Shown piece by piece: positions 17,371 to 27,058 of a DNA stretch of 33,016 nucleotides. Each line of letters starts with the position of its first letter. The first letter of the stretch is position 1. The stretch comes from Chloroflexota bacterium (lineage in GTDB: Bacteria; Chloroflexota; Dehalococcoidia; Lucifugimonadales; Lucifugimonadaceae): assembly GCA_030831265.1 (NCBI GenBank), contig JAURLM010000077.1:1-33016 (forward strand). Direction: 5' to 3'. The notes beneath the pieces were generated by a model. It saw only the letters and a program-made list of their open reading frames with translations, made no database searches and was not told the DNA's origin. Both the position numbers and the translations under genes were made by a program.

Positions 17371-20300
17371 CTAGCCGACGAGCGTCAGTTGCTCGGACTC
17401 TGAGCTACCGTCTTGCAGGTCGATCACTCGCAGCGAACGGGCCTTGCGGCGTCCCTGTGCGGAGCAGGCGTTCTTGAAGTAGGTCACGGTCTGCGGGTGA
17501 CAGGTCAGCATCAGCACCTGGAAGCGTGATGACAGGTCTGCGATCACGTTTGCGGCAGCCTGGGCGCGTTCCGGGTCGAAGTTAACCAGTACATCGTCCA
17601 TGATGACCGGCATCGGCTCTGCGTTGCGAGAGTATTCCTCGATCAGCGCGAACCGCATCGAGAGGTAAAGCTGCTCTGCCGTGCCTCGTGAAAGGCCGGT
17701 AACGCCCTTGCGAGCGCCGCTGGCTTCGTAGACCACAAGGTCCTGCTCACCAACAACGGCCTCGACGCGCGTGTAGCGGCCAAGAGTCAACTGTTCGAAA
17801 TACTTTCCTGCAGATTGGATGAGCTGCGGCTGACGCTCTCGCTGGAACGTAGCACGGGTCGTCTCCAGCAGGTGTTCTGCGATGTGGAGTACAGCCCAGC
17901 GGTTTGCATCTGTCACCAGACAGTCTTCCAGCACATTTATCTTCGCCCGAAGCTCGTTTACCTTCGATGACGACTCAAGCTGCTTGCGCTGGCGGTCGAG
18001 ATCGCCACGTTCACGCTGTAGCTCGCCAAGTTCAGCCTCAATTTCGCGTACCTCATCGTCGATACGGTCCAGCTTTGCCTTGAGTTCGGCTAACGAGTGT
18101 GTGTCGAGTGACTCCCGGTGGGTTTCACCTTCTTCGTTCTCAAGCAGCGGGTAGTGGCTGATGAGGTCTGCGATCTTCTTCTCCGTGTCCCAACGCTCTT
18201 CCATCTGGCGAGCGGTCTCACGGAACACTTGCTCATCATCTGTTTCGGCATAACGCATCAGGGCGTGAATCTCGCCATCAACCTGGCTGATGCGACGCTC
18301 CAGCAGATCACGCTGCGTTATCCAGCCCTTTAGTTCCTTGATGAGCGTGTCACGACGTTGTACTTCCAGTTCGTGCGTACGGAACTTGTCTGCGAGCGCG
18401 GCCAGCGAAGGCCCGGCCTGCATGTGTTCCGCAGGTGGCAATTCTGCAAGTTCAAGAGCCTCGGTGAGGCGAGATTCGATGTCATCAATCGTCGCTGTCA
18501 TATTTTTCACGCGGTCGCGGTAGCTGGAGAGGATGCCCAGCTGCCCTTTCAGACCCTTGAGGCGTTCGATGACGGAGGAAGCCTGTGCCGGTTTAAGGTC
18601 GTCACGTAGTCCTGCGCTATTGAGCACTTCCTGCCAGCGTGCGTACGACGTTGCGTAGTTGTTGTATGCCAGCGTCCGGTTGTCTGAGACCTCTTGCAGT
18701 CGGGCCTCGGCAGCCCTGAGCCGCTCCTGGGCCTCCGAGAGCACTGCGTGCTTGGAATCAAACTCCATCCGTTTGAACATAGAGCGTTCGAGAGTTGCCG
18801 CGTGTTCTTCGACGTCCCGGTATGACGGGTCTTTCGGCATGCCGAACTCACCGGCGATGGTCGTGATCTCTTTATCAAGCTCTTCAATCTGGGCCTTGAG
18901 CTCATCGCGCTGCTCGGTCAGGATCGTGCGGGCCTCGGTAATGTTCGGCCTGCGGACCTTTATCTGGAAGCCCTGCCCGCTTGTGCGTGCGCGGACCATC
19001 ATGATGACACCGGCGGCGAGCCCTCCGAGTCCGGGGAGAGCAGGAGAAAGCTCTTTGCTCCACACGGCGAATGTGATGACTGATATGGAAAGCAGGATGA
19101 GGGTTACTGCGGCCCAGATGGAGCCGAGGAACCCGCCGATGTTGACTGAGTCCGCTTCACTGAGCGATTCAGCCAGTTTCGACTCGGCGTCGTTTAGCTG
19201 CCCTCGTGCTCCGAAGCGTTCAGATAGTGCGCCACGGAGCCTGCCGAGTCGCTCCTGCCCCTTGTCCATGTCGTCCGAGTTCTGCTGCGGTACGCCTTCG
19301 ATGGAGTCTCGGGTTGCCGTAGCGCGTGCGACTTCTTCTGCGATGCCGTCCTTGTTGTCAGTTCGGCGGGAGTCTTCTTTTTCAGCCTCGTTGTATGCAG
19401 CCTGTGTCTCGGTCACCTGGGTTCCTGCGCCATCAAGGTCAGCCAGCAGGTCAACCGCGGCGTCCCATTTGCCAATGCGCTCTTCATCCCAGCCGGAGCC
19501 AAGTTGGTCCAGGTCACGCCTGAAGTTTTCTTCTTCAATGCGTAGTCTCGTCTGCACTTCTGGCAGGTCTTCGACGGCTTTGCGGTAGTGCTCCGTCTCA
19601 GCGACGAGCCTCCGTATGTCCTGCTCGCGGCCTTCAAATGCTTCGACTACCTGGACGTTCTCAATTTCACCGGTGCGTTCGTCCTGGCGCGTGTCACCGC
19701 GCTCCATTTCTTCCTTGACGGTATGGTGCTGGACGTTCAGGTTGTCGAGACGACGCTCGGCGTTGCCAGGGAAGTCTGCAAGCTGAGGCAACTGCGTGAG
19801 TTGTTCTCGCAGTGAGTTAAGGCGTTCCCAGTGGGGGCGCAGGCTGATGGTCAGGTTCTGCAGTTCACGCTGTGTGCGTGCTGCTTCAAGCCTGTCCTGG
19901 TGCGTGATGATGCGTTCTTCGGTTTCGGCCAGTTTGGCGGCGACTTCTGCGTATATGGCGTGGTCTTTGCGCGCCTCCTCAAGCTCAACGCGCAGTTCGT
20001 GCAGGTCTTTTTCGGACTTGCGGATCGTTCCTGCCCGTGGGCCGCGTAAAGCACGCACATCGCGGTCGATCTGCCCGAGTGCATCCGGAAGCGATACGCG
20101 TGAGAGGCCAAGTCCGACGGAGTAGATGCGGTCCCGTATTTCGGGAGAGTTGAGCGTGGCGAATTCCTGCAGCTCGCTCAGGCTGACGCTGAACAGGTTC
20201 TGGTAGAGGTCCGGGCCAATTCGGTCCAGCAGCCGTTCCAGCAGTTCCGTGCCTCCAGTGGCGTCACCGCTGACAATGACCGATCCGCCTTTGGAACCCT

Positions 20301-20574
20301 GCTCCCGCCGTACGGTGTACGCAGCGTCTGATGCGGTGATGATGTCTAGTGCGCCCGACGGCTTTCCGCCGTTTGCTGGCGGGTAGTCATAGAAGGAGAA
20401 ATTCTTGCTACGGCCGTCGAGATATCCGAAGAGGGTGGAGCGGATGAAGGCGCGTAGAGCGGACTTACCGGCTTCGTTTGGCCCATGGATAACGGTCAGG
20501 GCATCATCAACCGGGTCGATGACGCGGTTGTTGAAGTGCCCGAAATTCTCGATATGTAAACGCGTTATGCGCAA
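17371..20574 (-). CDS. YhaN/SbcC-like AAA ATPase: Rad50-like, coiled-coil, with a central membrane hairpin
   Basis: MRITRLHIENFGHF...VIHGPNEAGKSAL (Walker A) at the N-terminus. Long coiled-coil regions flank two hydrophobic helices (IGGFLGSIWAAVTLILLSISVITFAVW and LGGLAAGVIMMV). The C-terminus carries LSRGTAEQLYLSMRFAL (signature) and PVIMDDVLVNFD (Walker B). TTG 20574 has GAGGAG upstream and lies 8 nt after the upstream stop. Confidence 0.8.
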   Translation of the reverse strand: MRITRLHIENFGHFNNRVIDPVDDALTVIHGPNEAGKSALRAFIRSTLFGYLDGRSKNFSFYDYPPANGGKPSGALDIITASDAAYTVRREQGSKGGSVIVSGDATGGTELLERLLDRIGPDLYQNLFSVSLSELQEFATLNSPEIRDRIYSVGLGLSRVSLPDALGQIDRDVRALRGPRAGTIRKSEKDLHELRVELEEARKDHAIYAEVAAKLAETEERIITHQDRLEAARTQRELQNLTISLRPHWERLNSLREQLTQLPQLADFPGNAERRLDNLNVQHHTVKEEMERGDTRQDERTGEIENVQVVEAFEGREQDIRRLVAETEHYRKAVEDLPEVQTRLRIEEENFRRDLDQLGSGWDEERIGKWDAAVDLLADLDGAGTQVTETQAAYNEAEKEDSRRTDNKDGIAEEVARATATRDSIEGVPQQNSDDMDKGQERLGRLRGALSERFGARGQLNDAESKLAESLSEADSVNIGGFLGSIWAAVTLILLSISVITFAVWSKELSPALPGLGGLAAGVIMMVRARTSGQGFQIKVRRPNITEARTILTEQRDELKAQIEELDKEITTIAGEFGMPKDPSYRDVEEHAATLERSMFKRMEFDSKHAVLSEAQERLRAAEARLQEVSDNRTLAYNNYATSYARWQEVLNSAGLRDDLKPAQASSVIERLKGLKGQLGILSSYRDRVKNMTATIDDIESRLTEALELAELPPAEHMQAGPSLAALADKFRTHELEVQRRDTLIKELKGWITQRDLLERRISQVDGEIHALMRYAETDDEQVFRETARQMEERWDTEKKIADLISHYPLLENEEGETHRESLDTHSLAELKAKLDRIDDEVREIEAELGELQRERGDLDRQRKQLESSSKVNELRAKINVLEDCLVTDANRWAVLHIAEHLLETTRATFQRERQPQLIQSAGKYFEQLTLGRYTRVEAVVGEQDLVVYEASGARKGVTGLSRGTAEQLYLSMRFALIEEYSRNAEPMPVIMDDVLVNFDPERAQAAANVIADLSSRFQVLMLTCHPQTVTYFKNACSAQGRRKARSLRVIDLQDGSSESEQLTLVG

Positions 20575-20581
20575 GCGCTGG

Positions 20582-21835
20582 CTACTCCTCTGGCTCCAGC
20601 AACTCTGCAAGTTGCCAGCGTGCTTCGGCCGTCCAGTTGCGGATCTGCTCGTCCGTTGGCGCGGGAAGGCCGTTCTTGCGCCCGGTGAACACATCGCCAA
20701 CGACCGCTGCCAGTTCTTTTATACCTTCGTCGCTGTCCAGCACGTCGGCAGATTTTCGCAGTACCGCGCCCAGGAAGTCATCCGAGCCTGCGCGGGCATC
20801 GAGATCAAGTTCGGCGTGTGTGCGGTCGTAGATCCGCTCGACCCACACCCACGGTGATTCAGATGCGGTGGTACGGAGTTCAGTCAGCAGATCATCCACG
20901 GTGCCCGGTCGGACAAGTTCTGTGTGCATTGGCCCGCGGCCAGCCAGCGTGAGGCTGCATATCACGTCACGACCTTCCGCTTTCACCGCAAGATCATCCA
21001 GTTTTTGCTGGATAGCAGCCTCAAGCGCGTCAAGCGTGTTGATGTCAGCGATATCGACGTTCGCTGGCTCCCAGCGTACAACGTCCAGTGCATGGAACCG
21101 GGTGTTTGCCGCGCCTTCGTCGTTAACCTCTACCATCAGACAGCCGCGCGGGCCGTCCTCGTTCGGGTGACGGCCTTGCAGGTTGCCCGGGTATATCACC
21201 GCGGGGTTCTGGCGACGAAGCGTCTGGCGGGTGTGGACGTGGCCGAGCGCCCAGTAGTCCAGCCCGGTCAGCTTCAGGTCATCAATGGTGCAGGGAGCGT
21301 AGTTGTCGTGGTTCGGGTTGCCACCGACGTTGCTGTGCAGCAGGCCAATTGTGAATAGCGAGTCATCTGGCGGTGTCGAGAACCTGGCCACCAGGTTTTC
21401 GCGCACTTCGCGGGTAGGAAATGAAACGCCCTGTATCGCCGCAATCGGCTCGCCGTTCAGTTCAACGTTCTTCCACTCCGGTTCGGGGCCGAAGATGTGT
21501 ACGTTTTCGGGCCATGTGACAGCAGAAAGCCAGCCGTCCAGCGGGTCGTGGTTGCCATGAACGATGTATACGGCGATGCCGGCGTCTGAAAGCTGGCGCA
21601 TGCCGTCTCGGAACCGTAACTGGGCGCGCACGCTGCGGTCTGCGCCATCGTAGATATCACCGGCGATTACCAGGAAGTCAACCTGTTCGTCGATGCAGAG
21701 CGATATGAGGTTTCGGAAAGCCTCAAACGTTGACTCGCGCAGTCGTTCGCCGACGCGCTTGTCTACGTCTCGCAGGCCGCGAAACGGGCTGTCTATGTGC
21801 AGGTCTGCTGCATGTACGAAGCGAAAAGGTTGCAA
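20582..21835 (-). CDS. YhaO/SbcD-like metallophosphoesterase (Mre11-family DNA repair exonuclease)
   Basis: Calcineurin-like phosphoesterase motifs are present: FVHAADLHID, FLVIAGDIYD, VYIVHGNHDP, and WALGHVH. Confidence 0.85.
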   Translation of the reverse strand: MQPFRFVHAADLHIDSPFRGLRDVDKRVGERLRESTFEAFRNLISLCIDEQVDFLVIAGDIYDGADRSVRAQLRFRDGMRQLSDAGIAVYIVHGNHDPLDGWLSAVTWPENVHIFGPEPEWKNVELNGEPIAAIQGVSFPTREVRENLVARFSTPPDDSLFTIGLLHSNVGGNPNHDNYAPCTIDDLKLTGLDYWALGHVHTRQTLRRQNPAVIYPGNLQGRHPNEDGPRGCLMVEVNDEGAANTRFHALDVVRWEPANVDIADINTLDALEAAIQQKLDDLAVKAEGRDVICSLTLAGRGPMHTELVRPGTVDDLLTELRTTASESPWVWVERIYDRTHAELDLDARAGSDDFLGAVLRKSADVLDSDEGIKELAAVVGDVFTGRKNGLPAPTDEQIRNWTAEARWQLAELLEPEE

Positions 21836-22046
21836 TGCCGGTCCCCGAAACCGTTGCCAGCGCCAATCAGATGCACGCAGGTCGCTACCCGGGTGCTATC
21901 GTGCGATAGTCCGATCACACGTAAAACGCACCTACGCGTCGCCAGTTTAGCAATGGCCCTGAGCAACCGATGAGACGGTTGTCACCCACTTGGGGTGGAT
22001 GCTGCCGGTACAGAACCGTTGGTGCCTGGTCTGGAATTAGCCTGGT

Positions 22047-22991
22047 TCAGTGGAATATTCGCCAGTTGGTATCAACGAATGCCGAACTGTGCGCAATTGG
22101 AGTTTGAACAGGATCGCTATTGCGGTGATAACCAGCACGAAATCCGCCGTCCGGGAAAGCGCGTGGCCACGCAGACACCATATCTCTCAAGTCACGTTCC
22201 GTGACTATTTTCCGTAAACCGCCCGGAAGGCCGATGACCCAGAGGGCGAAGGAAAACAACAGTGCTCCACCTAACACGTCTAAAACGTAGTGATTGGCGG
22301 TTGCGATGACGGCCACAGTCATGAGCAGGAGGAAGGTTACTCCCAGGATTTTGCCCCACTTCAAGCCAATCTTCCACCACGCCAGCATGATGAGCGTTGA
22401 CCATGCGATGTGAAGACTTGGCATGGCGGCGAATTCATTGAATCCCAGGACAGAGCGTGATCCTTCTTTGGGTATCAGGCCGTACATCCCGGCGATGTCT
22501 GCCATGCCGTATCCGGGCAACATGCGCGGGGGAGCCAGCGGGTACACCGCGAAGATGACCACTGCCAGGAGCATGGTGATCATGTATACGTTCCGGAGTG
22601 ACCAGTAGAGCTTGCGGTAGTAAGCGAAGAAGATGACGGCTGAACCCAGAAGAGCCACCCACAATCCAATGGCATAGAAGTAGCCAAGGAAAGTCAGGAA
22701 ACCCATTGAATACGCACCGGCCCATGTCTGGATTGTCGCTTCATGGGCGATTCCCAGGGCTCGTTCTACCCTGACCAGATCCCAGGCGTTGCTGAACGCG
22801 TTGAGGATGGGGGTTGAATCCACCACGTTCTTGGACAGCGTGTAGACGAGGTAGCTGCTAACAAGCAGCAGTGTCTCTCGCACTGCAAGGAATCGTGTTG
22901 TGTGCCCCGTGTTGCGGAACAACTTTTGCAGCTTTGGAAACATTGATATCGGATATTGCGCTGGCATCGATGTTGGGGATTTTACAACCAT
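22047..22991 (-). CDS. PAP2-superfamily integral membrane protein (Aur1/Ipt1-like PAP2_3 type)
   Basis: Multi-pass hydrophobic protein with the motifs FAAMPSLHIAWS and ATANHYVLDVLGGALL. The start codon is uncertain (Met codons at 22991, 22967 and 22943). Confidence 0.65.
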   Translation of the reverse strand: MVVKSPTSMPAQYPISMFPKLQKLFRNTGHTTRFLAVRETLLLVSSYLVYTLSKNVVDSTPILNAFSNAWDLVRVERALGIAHEATIQTWAGAYSMGFLTFLGYFYAIGLWVALLGSAVIFFAYYRKLYWSLRNVYMITMLLAVVIFAVYPLAPPRMLPGYGMADIAGMYGLIPKEGSRSVLGFNEFAAMPSLHIAWSTLIMLAWWKIGLKWGKILGVTFLLLMTVAVIATANHYVLDVLGGALLFSFALWVIGLPGGLRKIVTERDLRDMVSAWPRAFPDGGFRAGYHRNSDPVQTPIAHSSAFVDTNWRIFH

Positions 22992-23127
22992 TTAACGGGA
23001 ATACGCACTATTTCGCTGCTTTGGCTGCAATGAATCGGGCAATATCCAGCGGATTTCGTAAGGTTTCAGTTTTGTTGCAGGTAGCATTCCGGTTCCGTGC
23101 TACCTGTGCCAGCACGGCCATGACCAA

Positions 23128-23163
23128 GAAAGGCCGGCGGGATTTGCTCCCAACCGGCCTTTC
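23128..23163 (-). terminator. hairpin terminator downstream of groEL
   Basis: GAAAGGCCGG (23128-23137) pairs with CCGGCCTTTC (23154-23163), 30 nt after the groEL stop. On the minus strand it is followed by TTGG. Confidence 0.6.
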
Positions 23164-23192
23164 TCGAATTAAGACTTTGCGTTACCGCTGGA

Positions 23193-24821
<1,629 letters not shown>

Positions 24822-24883
24822 TTACTCCGTTGATTGGCAGCTTTGTGACTGGTCATGCGTCGTTATTGAGGCGCAGACGACAA

Positions 24884-25180
24884 CTAGCCGATGATTGCCA
24901 GGATGTCGCTTTCTCGAACAATGAGGTACTCCGTGCCACCAGAGCTGTACTCGGTGCCGGCGTACTTGGAATAGACGACCGTGTCGCCCTTCTTGACTTC
25001 CATCTTGACGATGGAGCCGTCATCGGCGGTGCGGCCTGGGCCAGCGGCGACAACTTTGCCCTGCTGGGGCTTCTCTTTCGCAGTGTCCGGGATGATGATT
25101 CCGCCGGGGCTGGTTGACGCTGCGTCATCCAGGGGCTCAATCACCACTCGGTCTGCGAGGGGCTTCAACTTAAGAGCCAC
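24884..25180 (-). CDS. groES: co-chaperonin GroES (Cpn10)
   Basis: [18 protein letters not shown]...[24 protein letters not shown]...[16 protein letters not shown] 25180 is preceded by AAGGAG with a 9-nt spacer. The 150-aa ORF in the track is an upstream over-extension. Confidence 0.93.
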   Translation of the reverse strand: MALKLKPLADRVVIEPLDDAASTSPGGIIIPDTAKEKPQQGKVVAAGPGRTADDGSIVKMEVKKGDTVVYSKYAGTEYSSGGTEYLIVRESDILAIIG

Positions 25181-25459
25181 TGCGCAAATCTCCTTTTGGT
25201 CAGGTTTCCTACCCGTTCGATGCGTTTCTTTGCCACGTTGCCGTGCAGCGCCCTTTAGTGCTTCACCTGTTGGCGGAACATTGTCCCGCTGCGAGTACAG
25301 GCTACTTTGCGACGTTGCCGGTAAAGGCGTTGTCACGCAGTTGCCTGCGGTAACGACCGAGAGCCCGGACAGGCTCGGTGGTCGCTTTTTTATGGAGCGT
25401 GTGCCGGTGCGCGTGCGTAGAGACGCAGTTTGCTGACTGGCAGTCGAGAGGCCCGTCTG

Positions 25460-25486
25460 TTAGCAGTCGGGCACAGCGAGTGCCAA
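25460..25486. promoter_or_regulatory. CIRCE operator (HrcA binding site)
   Basis: TTAGCAGTC-N9-GAGTGCCAA compares with the consensus TTAGCACTC-N9-GAGTGCTAA, with one mismatch per arm. It lies just downstream of the predicted -10. Confidence 0.8.
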
Positions 25487-25496
25487 TCAGCGTCGA

Positions 25497-25525
25497 ATTG
25501 TAGGAACAGGCGGGAGCACAGTCAA
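25497..25525 (-). promoter_or_regulatory. sigma70-type promoter of groES-groEL
   Basis: Minus strand: TTGACT (25525-25520), a 17-nt spacer, then TACAAT (25502-25497). The predicted transcription start is about 25490. Confidence 0.75.
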
Positions 25526-25585
25526 CAGGCAGTTGGCAGGGGAGGTGGGTCAGGATGGGGAGACTTACCGCAACTCTGACCCCAC

Positions 25586-26527
25586 CTACTTCCTTTGTGC
25601 CAGCCAGCTTCCTACTACTACGAGGGCGGCTCCGGCGTAGAGTTCCGGGCCGACTTTTTCGCCGAGTATCCACCAGCTGAAGATGACTCCGAAGATAGGC
25701 TGGCTGAGTGAGATGACAGTCACCCTTGATGGCAGGTAGTTCTTCAGCAGGTATGTCTGGCCCAGGAACCCGAAACCGGCTATCAGCACACCCGTGTAGA
25801 GCAGTGCAACCGTCAGCCGCGTCGTGAGCACCCAGGGGTCACCGGCCTCGAAGAAAAAGCCCGCGATAACAAAACTCACGATGCCGAACGCGGTCTGCGC
25901 CATGAGCAGCTTGACCTGCGGGATGCCCTGCGCCTGCTGCGAGATGTAGACCTGTCTTGCTCCCAGCAGGATGGCCGAACCCAGCATCAGCAGGTCACCG
26001 ATGATGAATTCGGTGCCGAGCGTAAAGCTTTTCGCAAATACGGCCACCACACCTGTGTAGGCGACCAGCGTGCCGAGTGTGCGCTTGCGAGACATGGAGT
26101 CTCCGGGCACGAAGAAGTGGGCGAATACGGCGGTCCAGAGAGGGAACGTTGTGCTGACGATGACGGCGTGACCGGCTGTCGTGTAGTCCTGACCAACGTT
26201 CATAAAGGCGAGTTGGACGGAGAAGAGTAGGCCGAGGAGGATCATCGGGCGCACTTCGTGGCCGTAGATACGCAGACTCTGGCGGGTGACTATGGCGTAT
26301 ATGAGTACAACTATGCCGCCGAGAACAAAGCGCAGCCAGCCGAGGCGCAACGGGCCAGCGTCTTCGAGTCCAGCCTTGTTGGCGACGGGGTTTCCGGCCC
26401 ACATCGTGGAGAGCAGCAGTGCGAATGCGGCCGCGCGGAGTGTCAGCGGTTGGCGTCCGCGTTTAGGCGGGCTTGCCGTTGATTCGGCAATGTCTGCGTT
26501 CTGTGCGGGCTCAGGGGTTGATGCCAA
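25586..26527 (-). CDS. EamA/DMT-family transporter
   Basis: 313 aa with about 10 hydrophobic segments in a two-fold EamA-like arrangement. The TTG start at 26527 is uncertain. Confidence 0.75.
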   Translation of the reverse strand: MASTPEPAQNADIAESTASPPKRGRQPLTLRAAAFALLLSTMWAGNPVANKAGLEDAGPLRLGWLRFVLGGIVVLIYAIVTRQSLRIYGHEVRPMILLGLLFSVQLAFMNVGQDYTTAGHAVIVSTTFPLWTAVFAHFFVPGDSMSRKRTLGTLVAYTGVVAVFAKSFTLGTEFIIGDLLMLGSAILLGARQVYISQQAQGIPQVKLLMAQTAFGIVSFVIAGFFFEAGDPWVLTTRLTVALLYTGVLIAGFGFLGQTYLLKNYLPSRVTVISLSQPIFGVIFSWWILGEKVGPELYAGAALVVVGSWLAQRK

Positions 26528-27058
26528 GGTTGGAAGGTTGCTCCGGTCAGGCCTCGTTCGTGTGCGGCGACTCAGTGTATGCCTGTTGTGAACGGCGAGA
26601 ACACTTGGCTGCTACACGCAGGGTGGTCTCTCAAGAATGCGAACGAGGGGCAGCGGCAGGCGCGTCACGGTGGTAAAGTCACTTTTCGTCAGTCTGTAGA
26701 TGGGCGTTTGTAGATGCGTACCTGTGGGATTCAGCGGTAGATAATGTCTGCGTATACACCCCGGAGCGTGATTTGCCTGATGTCCGGGATGCCGTGCAAC
26801 TTGCGCGGTATGACCAGCGGCGTCGGGCGCCGCATATGCCGGTACGCGTACCTGAGCGCGTGGCGACGAGATGATTCGATGTAACTGCCAAATGGCGGAA
26901 ACGGAAGGACAATCACGAGTAACGCCGAGAAAAGTCAATCCGACTCAGCTGATTCAGATCACTCCAGGCACGTAAGATTTGCACTCCCGCGGATAATCAC
27001 GGCGCAACGCAAGCCCCTGTTCGGAACTCTCAAGCGGAGCGAGTTAACCGTTAGCCTT

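Noticed and set aside
18659-19588. 309-aa plus-strand ORF
   Set aside because: It is antisense to the YhaN-like ATPase. The Ser/Arg/Ala-rich translation has no recognisable motifs, so it is a shadow ORF.
25255-25290. Second CIRCE element nearer to groES (TTAGTGCTT...)
   Set aside because: Only a degenerate half-site is present, and there is no complementary arm 9 nt away.
26528-27058. Fluoride (crcB-motif) or other riboswitch upstream of the ClC gene; glutamine-riboswitch-like GGAAGGAC at about 26900
   Set aside because: I could not find the conserved crcB-motif elements (GGxGAUGG...CUGAUGAUGCCUAC-like). This ClC has CBS domains, unlike typical ClC-F proteins. The short GGAAGGAC match is too small to call. 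The GCGTACCTG (26716, 26846) and TGTAGATG (26695, 26709) repeats are within chance expectation for a 500-nt region.
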